Positions 1-11,036 of a DNA stretch of 64,000 nucleotides are shown here, piece after piece. This DNA comes from Atractiella rhizophila. Taxonomy: Eukaryota. The translations under genes and the position numbers were made by a program. Under the pieces are notes generated by a model. The model saw only the letters and a program-made list of their open reading frames with translations. It had not been told where the DNA came from and ran no database searches. Location of the stretch: contig MU271329.1 in the NCBI GenBank assembly GCA_021432655.1, forward strand, positions 1 through 64,000, given 5' to 3'. Position 1 is the first letter of the stretch. Each line of letters opens with the position of its first letter.

Positions 1-51
1 CACATGGCGCTCGATCGAATCCCGCAAAGGAAGAATAGGAAAGACACTCAC

Positions 52-276
52 CGCTACCCAGTTCAACACCTTAGAGTTATCCCTCCAACCCTCACCCTGA
101 CCCTCCCCTCCAAAAGCCTGCACATCTCCATTACCTGTGCCATTCGAAATGATCGGAAAATCTCCATTCCCGCCAACTATTCCGGTGGATGTGGCAGAAG
201 CGCCTGCAAGCGATGTCGAGGTTGAAGTGATGGAGAGAGAGTCGCCTTGGGGTAGAGGAGAGGCAGCGACAGACAT
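52..276 (-). CDS. First exon of a gene running off the left edge; possibly Rcd1/Caf40 (CNOT9)-like
   Basis: ATG at 276, 75 open codons (MSVAASPLPQ...GWRDNSKVLNWVA), then a GTGAGT donor at 51. The last residues resemble the 'NxKVLxWVAxL' start of fungal Rcd1 domains, but the rest lies outside the window. Confidence 0.45.
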
Positions 277-2053
277 CGTCGTTCGTTTCTCTTCGTCGAT
301 TCTGGATGGTTGACGAGAAAGGTTGACGAAGAGGACCTCGTGGAATGGAATGAAATTAAGCCGCTGGGAGCTTCCGCTAGAGATCAGTTCATCGATTCTG
401 TTCCGTGCTTCCCTGAGGTGCTTTAGTAGTCTGTAGGAGGAATCCGAGAGCCCCCGAGCGTGACCTGCAGAAAAGAGAGGAATTGATGGATCTAGGTGCT
501 GGTCGGAAGTTCAAGAAGAAGAGCACAAGTTCCGGTCCGATTGCCTCAGAGTTGTGTGGCACGAAGTCCTTCCGGTTTCTTGGGTCAGCCTCCATGACGC
601 GTGAGTGACGCGCCAAGTCCAACGTTCATCATTGCAGCAGGATTGCACCAGCTTAAAAGCTTAAAAGGCAGCCGTTCTTTACAGTGACCACCATCACAAC
701 GTCCCATAAACGATAAAAGACTAAAGACAATTCAAGAACTTGTACATCCAGCACGAAGAAAGAATGTTTGGCCTCTCCTCCCGCCGCCGTACCACCCGCG
801 TTGGACCTCGCCCTCATCATCATTCTCATCGACGAGGACTCGGGGGACTATTCCATAAATCGCACAACAATCGTTCGCATGCTGAGAACCGAGCCGCAGG
901 TTATCAGGTTCGTTCCTATGCTATTCCATTTCATTTCATCGTCGCAGGACACAGAAACTGATGGTGGCAATTCGAGCAGGCTGCTATCAATAATCCAAAT
1001 GTTGGAAGCGCGGGAAGGAGGCATGCGAAGAGAGAGCTGAGGATGATGGTTCGTCTCTCGCCTTCTCTCTGATACTTTGGGAAATGAGGTCCTGGTTCTA
1101 ACTTGGTTTGGGTGGACAGGGTCGAAAGCCGAATCATGAGAAGCTCTCGACGAGATTTAGGAGGTTGTTTCATCTGGGAGGGAGGAGGGAGAATAGAAGG
1201 TACCACACTACGACCACGACCAGGGCGAGGAGGTATTAATCATTGTCGGTTTTCGGTATAACGGAAGGGGGAATGTGTGAATAACAATTTGTGAATAGCT
1301 TCTTTGTTTCTTGCCCATCGTGGCATACGTTTTTTGCTGGCTTTTTTTGGGGTTGGCTGTTGTATAACACATAATATATCCTATACATGCAAGATTTTGT
1401 ACAATACCGCCAAAGCTGCAGCGAGAACGAACAGCACAGAATTGGGAAACGTGAGACTGGCCAGGGGTGGTTAGGACCAGGATTCAAGACTCAATATTCC
1501 GCCGCATAGGTATCTGACTCTCCGGATTGAAAAATGCTTTGACAGGAACCTCTGGCAGATTGATACACAATAAAACAGTTCGTCGATACTGTATTGCCAT
1601 CATGATATCAGCCATTCAGCGGATGAGTACAACAACATGCCATGCATGGAGATCAAAGAATATGAATCACGCCTGGAACTCGCCAGCCACCTTGGGATCT
1701 CAAATTACAAGGCTCAACGGACTCCTGCCATTATTAAAAATGGTTTAAGGAAAGGGCAACATGCCAAGACAGTCGCCTCACGTGACAGATCTATCCGGAT
1801 CTGAGCGGTTCCCTTGTTTGTTTGCCTTGTCGTATCCTGTAAAGTATTTTATTCAAAGCGGCCACAATAACTTGGATAACGTGATGAGCAGAATCCACGG
1901 CTAGGCGAGTCATAAGCCCTTGAAGTGCCTCATTTCGGAAGGATGGAAGCAAGAGTTGTTGGTCCCCGAAAGCGTCAACAGGATATAAAGGTGTAGGCTC
2001 TCTACCTGTCTAATCCACAGAAGACATTCACTGAACTGGAACACTGACTGAAG

Positions 2054-2555
2054 ATGGCGAGTGGCATTTTAGGTGAATATGCTGTCAACCCTACGAACTC
2101 ATACATTTCCTATCCCTCGTCTACGAACTCATACAATTCTTATCCCTCGTCAACCTTTGCAAGTTGTATGGACCTCTTTAAATGACTCGCAGCCATTTGA
2201 CTTGCTTGAAGCTTACAGGAGCTACCATTACTATAAGGAGGTAAATAGCACGAAGGTTGCTGCCCTAACAGCAGCCTTTGCGGTGCTCTACATCTCTGTC
2301 TTGGTTTGTTTTCATCGCCTGCTCGGAGGAGAAACTGATGCCCTTGATTTGTAAGGCGGGAATTGTCTTTGCTCTGGGACGATGCATCAAAAGACGGCGA
2401 GCTAAACAAGGAATCGCTGTACAGAAGCAATCGGTCTTACCCAACGTCGGACAGTTCCTGAGAGATGTGAAGGAAGCTTGGAAAAGGTCTCTGTCCTCTC
2501 GTCAGGCTATAGCACTGCCCACTTCTCCCGTCGCTGGGACATCGGCTCTGTTCCC
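2054..2555 (+). CDS. Hypothetical small spliced single-pass membrane protein (boundaries uncertain)
   Basis: TATAAA near 1984 and ATG at 2054 followed by a GT donor. Later exons join as AAFAVLYISVL|AGIVFALGRCIKRRRAK (hydrophobic helix then basic stop-transfer). No family recognised. Confidence 0.35.
2092..2151 (+). repeat. 30-bp direct tandem repeat x2
   Basis: ctacgaactcatacatttcctatccctcgt followed by ctacgaactcatacaattcttatccctcgt. Confidence 0.85.
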
Positions 2556-3336
2556 GTGAGCCTCTCTGCTGTACTTTGCAGTTTTCGAACTTGACTGAAA
2601 TTTCACAGGGACAAAGAGGCGATGGGAGCTGAAAGCTCTGAGCACATGGCACAGTATGGAGAAGATGCTGTACGGTAAGTCAAGTTCTTCATGAAGCAGA
2701 ATGGCACTGATCTATGATGCAGCGAGGAACACAAGATTGTTTAATTTAAAGTCCGAAATACCGACATGAACACAGGTGTTCTGGATCCCTTCAAATTTCC
2801 TACTGATACAAGATTGTCAAATCCATTTCTTTGTCTTCGCGCATCAATGTATTACTATACGGACTCGACAAATGACATCTAGAGGTATTTTGCAGTGATA
2901 AGGCAATGACAAGCAAGTCTGTTGTCATACTGCCTGCACAAACTTTTGCGAGCAGTTTGTTTACAACATTGAGCGGCATATGTCAGATTGTTTGAACTGC
3001 GAAATCGTGATGGACGGGCTACACTCGCTCATACATCTGGTTACTGCAACTCCATATGGTACAGCCCTAAGAAGATAAGATCACTATGCTGGCGTTGTTT
3101 ATTCCGCCTCTACCGTCGACCTGTTCGTAGGAGCACCTCACCTTATTGACCTTAACCCATTGTCCAAATGATTATCTGCCCTGTGCCTCTCTCACCACCG
3201 TGCAATTCATTGAAATTAGTTTGGTCACACTACCCGGTTAGTCACAAGTGTAGCTACCATCTGCCTGACAATTGGCTTGGACACCACACCAGTCAGCTTG
3301 TGTTAATACAGGCGTTAATACGCATAAATACATTCT

Positions 3337-6300
3337 ATGCCTCCCAAACCTCCTCCATTACCTCTTCCTTCCCAGCTCCCCACACTCCTCTCCGGCAGCG
3401 AAGACCTCCTCGAATTGGGGCCGATTATTAAGAGGATACATGTTACGAAACAGCATGATGCTTTCTTGAGGGGCTTAGAGAAGGAAGTGGTGGAGAGGGA
3501 GGGCGAGATTGAAGGAGTGTGCAGGGAGAATTATCAAGTTAGTGCTCTCTTATCCTTAGAAGGGGTCGTGGGCTTGTGCTGTGTGGAACGATTTGGCTCT
3601 TTTACTGTGAGCAGGAGATATTGGTGAAGGAGACAAGTGCTCCTGTTGTAGATCGGGAGACTGGTGAATTCAAGAAACAAAATCATTCCTGTACAATTGG
3701 TTTTGTCTTCGTTCACTTCGAGAAGAAATGGCACAACATTTCCACCGAACGTGCTAGTAGGGCTACAGAACTGAGTAACTATCGCAAATAGAAAGGTGGC
3801 GCAGTTGAGTCGGCACTCTGGAAGTGCAGCCTTCTTTCCATGAATCAAGCAAAGGTTGATACCTAGGGATTCATGACGCGATTTCTTTGGCACAGATTGT
3901 TGACAAGCAGAGAAATTTACTGTGGCTAAGAAACTGCATTGTCTTTTTGCCAAAATAACTTGAAACTCTGGGGTGTGGCGAGCAGAAGCTACGCACCCTG
4001 TGGCTTCAATACAATCTACATACTACCTTCTCCGCTTTCAGCGCGAGTACTGAGCTCTCAACCGGTTCCTAACCTAACCGCTAGTGTGCACACATGCTGT
4101 TCCCCCTTCTATTAAACGATAGCCGACCGATATAGTAACGATCTGTCAGGTCGGATTTGCGGAACGCTTCCTCTTTGAAGTTAGTGTATTTGTTGTCTAG
4201 AATCCTAAGTTCTAATTCTCATTAATGTTACTCCTTTTGCACTTCTTTGAACTTACAATCGGTTCCTGTGGACACGGGCTCATTCCATGCGATTAACTGC
4301 ACTTACTCTTTGTAACCTACTTGAATATAATTCGTTGTCCAATGCCGAAATCATATTCTGTCCTTCCAATCAATCAACATTGACATCTACACTTCTTAGG
4401 AATTCATTTCCTCGGTTGAGAAACTTCTCAAAGTACGACAAGGAACGGTTAATTTGAAAGTCAGAGCGATGTCTCTGAATGAAGATATTCAAAAATCAGG
4501 AGCAGTTCTTGCTGCCAAGGTTAGTGCGGTTTCATCCATAACTTGCGACCTTACTAATATTTGCGGAAGCGAAAAGAGTTGTTAGATGCGAAGAAAGTCG
4601 CCCAGAACTTAGACGAAACGATAGAGACATTGCAAGCCTGCCTACGCGTTCTGGACCTGAACAACAAGGTCACCAAGCTGATAGAAGATCGTCAGTATTT
4701 TGCAGCTCTAAAGGTAGTCACTTCGGTCGTCGATTCCTTAGCCTCCTGACAATCTGTCACAGGCTCTGGATTCACTTGCTCTCACCTCACAGATCCCCAT
4801 ACTTCCAGCTCACTTCTTAACCCAAATCCTCTCGACTCTTCCCGCCTCAAAGAACCTAATCAAGACAAGTGTGCTGAAGGAAATGAAGACATGGCTCTTC
4901 GACATCCGAGAGATAGAGGCGGAAGTTGGAAAGAAGAGCTTTGAGGGTATGGATCTACGGATCAGGAGGTGGAAGGTGCGCTTGGCGAAAGATATCGAAA
5001 AGGGAGGGGCTGGACAATCGGCTGGAAAAGGTCCAGGTGTGGGTAGCAGTCTCGAGTTGACGGTCAGCGAACGACATGAGTGTATGCTGTTTTGTTCGTC
5101 CATGGGCAATGTCAGGCGACTGAAAAATGGTGCAGATGATGTCATCGATAACGCTCAGGTGAAAGTTGATTTCAAACCACTGTTGCAGTGCATTCACATC
5201 TACGATTCTATGGACTCAGTCGAAGAGTTACAGCTCAATTATCAGAGCGATCGGAGGGTGTGTGTCCTTGACCATCGCCGAGTTACATGCTCATTATGCG
5301 ATCTTGTTAGGCTCAATCTGCCCTAATCCTTTCCCAATCAACAACCTTCTCCCTCGCTTCACTTACACAACTCCTCTCTCAGATTATTGGTTTCTTCGTC
5401 ATCGAGTCACATGTGATCCGAGAGACGAGTTATCCCATACCATTCCGCTCAGAGACGGAAGTGGAAGACTTGTGGGAAGGAATGCTGGAGAAGACCGTCG
5501 AGTTTGTCAAGCAGGGGCTGAATACGTGCGAAGATTTAGAAATCTATCTCGGCGTAAAGAAGAAGGTTGAAGGATTTGTCATGATACTTGAGGTGATTCT
5601 CATTTATTTCTATTGCCAAACTCTTTGATGATATAATGTGGGAAGGGTCTGGGATACTCAGTGGCTCAACTCAACAGTCTTTTGTATACCTTGTTTGAGA
5701 GGTATGCTGCCCTCCTCCATCGGTACTTCCGATCCACCTTCCAGAAGGTTTGTTGCTCCTCTCGTGTCATCTAATTGTTCCATTGAGAGGACTTCTAGAT
5801 TGTTGCATCGGACGATTATCAACCGCTCGAAGTGGAAGGAGCAGAAGATTTTGAGATTGTATTGAAAACGTGCTGGTTCCCCCGTGGTGGAGAATGGAGT
5901 ATCGAAGATCTTCGAGAGTGAGTTGCACACATTGACTTGCTCCTCGTATATGACTGAACTATCTCCAGAATGGCAACCAGCAAGCAAAGATATCGCTTCC
6001 CGTTCTCAAAAACCTACTACGACAGTTGTCAACAGATTCGACGCTTCGTGGACGAGTATTACCGTTTCGCAGAGGGAATTAATGTGCATGATCGGGACAT
6101 CGACGAGGTGCTACGGAAGGTGATAATTCTTCAATCCATGGGAAGAGGTTGAGCTAACTAATTTTCAGGCTATCGACCTCTTGCTCATCGAACAAGTTTC
6201 GAATGAAATCAACAAGCGGGCTTCGCTCGCAGCTAACAAGCTCTCCGTCAGCCAGCTGGCTCAGATTATCATCAATGTTTTGTTCTTCGAAGTAGCTTGT

Positions 6301-7311
6301 GAAGAGCTCGAAGGAGTTTTGGTTACGCTGAAGTGCTGCTTCCTTCTTCTGAATCTCGTCACTTGTTCTTACCAGTCGGCGGCTTACAGATCTACCCAAC
6401 GGGGCAGTACGACGCTCCAATCTCTAACTTCGTTCAACATCACCCTCGATCATGCCAAGCAGTTAATCCTTCAATCGATCTGTCAAAAACTCGACAACCT
6501 TGACTTCCCACAATACGATTGGGTGTCCTGGGTCGCACCATCCGAGGCAGAGGGAGAGGCAACGCCTTCGGAGGAGATGAATGGAATGATTGCTTACCTC
6601 AAAACAGTCATGGATTCCAACTTTGATATCCTTGGAGAACAAGGAGGCGTGAAGGAAGGAGTATGGAGGGGTGCAATTCAGCATGTTGCGGAAGGACTAA
6701 TGGCACGCTTATCTTCTCATGTAAGCGGGCGGACGAGCTGATAAAAGTTGGGAATAGTCCTATCTATCAGAAAGAGAACCGCTAAAGATGTCTCACTACG
6801 GCTTAGGATGGCTAGCAGTCGATGTCCGATATCTCGTTTCGCAAGCAACAGAGCTAGGGTTTGAAGGCGAGAATACAGGTTTCGTGCTGGAAGAGCTTTC
6901 TCAGGTGAGAGTCTGCCCCTATTGTAAAGCCATCTAGCAGGTGTCTGATATGATATTGAATGAATAGACAGTAGATGTTCTTCTCTCGCCAAACATGCTC
7001 GAGTTCCTTACTCCAGAATTCAAATCATCTTTCTGGCCAGCAGTCAATCCCAAGGTTGTACAAAGTGTACTGATCAAGGTTCGTCCTTTCTCCTCCAGCT
7101 CCTGTGGCGAAATAGAATTTTAATCGGAGGATATTGTGACAGCTGATAACGTGGCAAAATTCCGTGTCAGCGAGTGTATTAGAGGCTGGAGGAGGGGGCA
7201 AAGGAAGGAAGAAATTGACGGTATGTCTCCTCTCTCCTTCCTGTGTCCTGTCTCTAAAATATGGGCTATGTGAAGGAGGACCTATTGAAAGGTGTTGCTG
7301 TTCTACGATAG
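3337..7311 (+). CDS. SEC15: Exocyst complex subunit Sec15 (multi-exon)
   Basis: Exon 1 SEDLLELGPIIKRIH...EIEGVCRENYQ splices (intron 3538-4399) to EFISSVEKLLKVRQGTVNL. Further exons carry Sec15-like motifs: NLDETIETLQACLRVL, KTWLFDIRE, VDFKPLLQCIHIYDSM, FPFSKTY, SQLAQIIINVLFFEVAC. Probable stop TAG at 7309-7311. Confidence 0.93.
3885..4016 (+). ncRNA. Candidate intronic box H/ACA snoRNA in SEC15 intron 1
   Basis: Hairpin 1 tggca..gacaa-gcag / ctgc-a-ttgtc..tgcca (3888-3952); H box AAATAA (3953-3958); hairpin 2 ttgaa..gggtgtggc / gctacgcaccc..ttcaa with an internal pocket (3960-4009); ACA at 4011-4013; about 130 nt. Target not identified. Confidence 0.6.
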
Positions 7312-7647
7312 CCGAACGTAGCAGAAGGTATGTGCCTTAGAAATCCATGTCGAATGTTGCTAACTCATTGGTCCTGGATTGAGCAGGATGGGAGGGCTGG
7401 TCCCACGAAAGAGCATCCAGTTCTTGTTCGGAGATCGCTGATTTCTCCCATGGAAAAGATGGGACGCATTCATACGCAACCCAACCATAGTGCAGTCCAG
7501 TGGTATTTTGTAATTTGTAAAAGTTCATGGGTTGTGTTTTGCTTCCTGAGCTATCACGTGTGCACATGAAAAGCGCGTCAAATCTTGAAATCCAGCAGAG
7601 AAGCTGCCACTTCCCTGACCTCTGTCTTGAGCTCCCTATTCATCGCC

Positions 7648-8804
7648 ATGTCTTCCCTCCAGTCACACCTCCTCCGGTCTCTTCGCGCGTCGCACCCGTC
7701 CCAACTCCCCCAGACATACTTTTATCCCTCACCACTTCGCACCCCATACCTCTCCCTCCAGCTTTTCAGGCAAGAACTGGCAGATATACCAGTTAAGGTC
7801 AAGAGTGGACATACTACTATGGGAAGGCTGAGGTACGAGTGGTGGAGAGGCGCAGTAGGCGAGGTTTGGGAGGTACGCTTCTTTCTGAGACAAAATGGGG
7901 CTGGTGGCTGTTATGGAAGGGAGACCTTTGATCCAGCTCCCTTGTTATAACGATAGGAAATGTTCTTCTGTCTTATTGTGAAGGGACGAGGGGGGAAAGT
8001 GTCCATAAGGTCGAGCAAATGTCATGTTGTTGCAACCTCTTACATACGTAGCATCAAACTGTTACTCTTAAATTGACGCAATTGAACGTCACGAGCAATA
8101 ATATCATATTTGTTTCTACAATCAAAGACAAGTTGTACCTTTGCACCCGTCTGGAACGTATGAACTGACTGCCATGGATCAAGGAAGGGACGAACGCCTA
8201 AGCATCCGGTAGCATTAGGACTCGCAGAAGCTCGTCGAATAGCGCCAGGATTAGACCGCACAAAGCTCATCGAAATGGTAGACGGCTTCGTATGTCCTTC
8301 CCTCTAACATGTGCACCCCACAACGCTAATTATGTCCAACCGGTAATGAAGGAGGAGCACTTCCTCGCTGGACCAACTCACCAGTCTCTCTCCGCTTTTT
8401 CCCGCTTCTCAAACCGCACCATGCTTCCGCTACTGCATCTTCTCCACTCCCTCTTCTCCCCTTCACCTCATCCTTCTCTGCAACATCTTCACCTCGCCAT
8501 CTCCCTTTCACTACGCCCACCAATATCGACAATTTCTTCCCCGACGCTCCTCTACGACTTAGCGTGGGAGGAGCTTACAAAAGCTCAGGACTTGTTACAA
8601 AAAGGTCCCAAATTGAAAGAAGAATGGGTAGTCTGGGCATCAGCAGTGCCGGCAGTGGAATACTGGAAGAGGGTGAAGCTAGAAAAGAAGGATGTGAAGG
8701 AGAGGAATTGGGCGTGGGAAGTAGGAAAGGCTTGGTCAAGGGAACGATGGGGAGTCAGAGGAGGTGTTTTGGGTATAAAACTGGTTCCATCTCAGAAGCA
8801 GTAA
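7648..8804 (+). CDS. NDUFAF6-like squalene/phytoene-synthase-fold complex I assembly factor (3 exons)
   Basis: LSLQLFRQELADIP...MGRLRYEWWRGAVGEVWE|GRTPKHPVALGL resembles the NDUFAF6 motif 'ELA..GxMRxQFWRDAV..GxPPxHPIAxAL'. Introns at 7873-8187 and about 8291-8352. The C-terminal part is divergent. Confidence 0.75.
7887..8123 (+). ncRNA. Candidate intronic H/ACA-like RNA in NDUFAF6-like intron 1
   Basis: 5' hairpin gacaa..ggggctgg / ccagctcc..ttgtt; H box ATAGGA at 7953-7958; internal hairpins; 3' hairpin tgttactc..tgacg / cgtca..gagcaata; ACA at 8118-8120 (ACAATC, as in the SEC15 intron). Confidence 0.5.
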
Positions 8805-9342
8805 CAGCGCTATTACATAGGAAATCGCCAACACATCACCCTGCTTTTTGACAGTCAACAGAAATATGATACCGTCAGTCCCTTGAGAGTCATTTTCTGC
8901 TTTCGCTTCATGTTTTGGTTCCTTATCTCACAAGATTGAAAGCGTCATGCTTCCTCTCTGGCCAGCTATCGTCAAGTTCAAGAGTCCAGGTCAGATCCGC
9001 AATCCCAAGTGCCTTCTCAAGCCGTCTACGGATTTTATCATTTTTGAGCTCAAGCGCCTCATTGGTTTTCCAGGCACTCTCTGCTCCTAGGTCGGATGCT
9101 TCAGTCCTCAACTTAAGGTAGGCTTTCTCGAGCTCATCAGAATGATCGCAGAGCTTCTGAACAAGTTGGCGCACCTCGTTCATCTTGGTGCCGGTTGTCT
9201 TGACCGATGAGTGCTCATGCAGGCTTCATTGCAGGTTCATGGTTATCATGACAGTATTCCGAACCTTAGCTGTCTAATCCAAAATGATATTGTCATCGAC
9301 CAAGCTGCTTCAGCACTTTGCTCCTTATAATGTAGAATAAAA

Positions 9343-10398
9343 ATGGGAACTTTAACACCACATAGTTCGCTGAGAGCAGATATACCAGTTAAGGTCAAGA
9401 GTGGACATACTACTATGGGAAGGCTGAGGTACGAGTGGTGGAGAGGCGCAGTAGGCGAGGTTTGGGAGGTACGCTTCTTTCTGAGACAAAATGGGGCTGG
9501 TGGCTGTTATGGAAGGGAGACCTTTGATCCAGCTCCCTTGTTATAACGATAGGAAATGTTCTTCTGTCTTATTGTGAAGGGACGAGGGGGGAAAGTGTCC
9601 ATAAGGTCGACCAAATGTCATGTTGCAACCTCTTACATACGTAGCATCAAACTGTTACTCTTAAATTTGACGCAATTGAACGTCACGAGCAATAATATCA
9701 TATTTGTTTCTACAATTAAAGACAAGTTGTACCTTTGCACCCGTCTGGAACGTATGAACTGACTGCCATGGATCAAGGAAGGGACGAACGCCTAAGCATC
9801 CGGTAGCATTAGGACTCGCAGAAGCCCGTCGAATAGCGCCTGGATTAGACCGCACAAAGCTCATCGAAATGGTAGACGGCTTCGTATGTCCTTCCCTCTA
9901 ACATGTGCACTCCACAACGTTAATTGTGTCCAACCTGTAATGAAGGAGGAGCACTTCCTCGCTGGACCAACTCACCAGTCTCTCTCCGCTTTTTCCCGCT
10001 TCTCAAACCGCACCATGCTTCCGCTACTGCATCTTCTCCACTCCCTCTTCTCCCCGTCACCTCATCCCTCACTGCAACATCTTCACCTCCCCATCTCCCT
10101 TTCACTACGCCCACCAATATCGACGATTTCTTCCCCGACGCTCCTCTACGACTTAGCGTGGGAGGAGCTTACAAAAGCTCAGGACTTGTTGCAAAAAAGT
10201 CCCAAATTGAAAGAAGAATGGGTAGTCTGGGCGTCAGCAGTACCGGCAGTGGAATACTGGAAGAGAGTGAAGCTAGAAAAGAAGGATGTGAAGGAGAGGA
10301 ATTGGGCGTGGGAAGTAGGAAAGGCTTGGTCAAGGGAACGATGGGGAATCAGAGGAGGTGTTTTAGGTATAAAACTGATCCCATCTCAGAAGCAGTAA
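9343..10398 (+). pseudogene. 5'-truncated duplicate of the NDUFAF6-like gene with a chance in-frame ATG (chimeric ORF)
   Basis: The native N-terminal 44 codons and promoter are missing. ATG 9343 from the preceding unit's tail reads MGTLTPHSSLR-ADIPVK in frame. Introns and last exon are retained, as is the intronic RNA candidate (about 9483-9717). Confidence 0.75.
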
Positions 10399-11036
10399 CA
10401 GCGCTATTACATAGGAAATCGCTGAATATATCACCCTGCTTTTTGACAGTCAACAGAAATATTATACCGTCAGTCAAATGAGGTCTTCAGACTCATTTTC
10501 TGCATTCGCGCCATGTTTTTGTTTCTTATCCTCCTCCTTCACGTGATTGAAAGCATCATGCTCATGCTCTTCTCGCTATCGTCGAGTTCAAGAGTCCAGT
10601 CAGATCCGCAATCACAAGTGCCTTCTCAAGCCGTCTACGGATTTTATCATTTTCGAGCTCATGCGCCTCATTGTCTCCGCCTAGGTCGGATGCTTCAGTC
10701 CTCAACTTAAGGTCGGCCTTCTTGAGCTCATCAGAATGATCGGAGCTTCTGAACAAGTCGGCACACCTCGTTCATCTTGGTGCTGGTCGTCTTGATCGAT
10801 AAGTGCTCATGCAGGGTTCATTGCAGGTTCATGGTTATCATGACAGTATTCCCATCCTTAGCTGGCTAATGCAAAATGATATTGTCATCGACCAAGCTGC
10901 TTCAGCACTTTGCTCCTTATAATGTAGAATAAAAATGGGAACTTTAACACCACATAGTTCGCTGAGGATATTGACGCACTGCTAGAGGTCTGTGGGGGAT
11001 TGGGAACAATTGTAACCTCATTTGTTCAGTAAAGCT

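Larger units (their letters stand above)
7780..10966. repeat. Head-to-tail tandem duplication, units 7780-9374 and 9376-10966
   Basis: Both units start gcagatataccagttaagg and end cacatagttcgctgag. A single A lies at 9375. The copies differ by SNPs and several indels, mostly in the 3' third. Confidence 0.97.

Noticed and set aside
768..1040. 90-aa ORF
   Set aside because: TTG start, no family features and no supporting splice signals; left uncalled.
3620..4260. snR30/U17, U3, U14, RNase P/MRP or spliceosomal snRNA identity for the SEC15 intron RNA
   Set aside because: Diagnostic motifs (e.g. snR30 m1 AUAUUCCUA with m2 AAACCAU, U14 domain A, RNase P CR-I/CR-V) were not found by eye.
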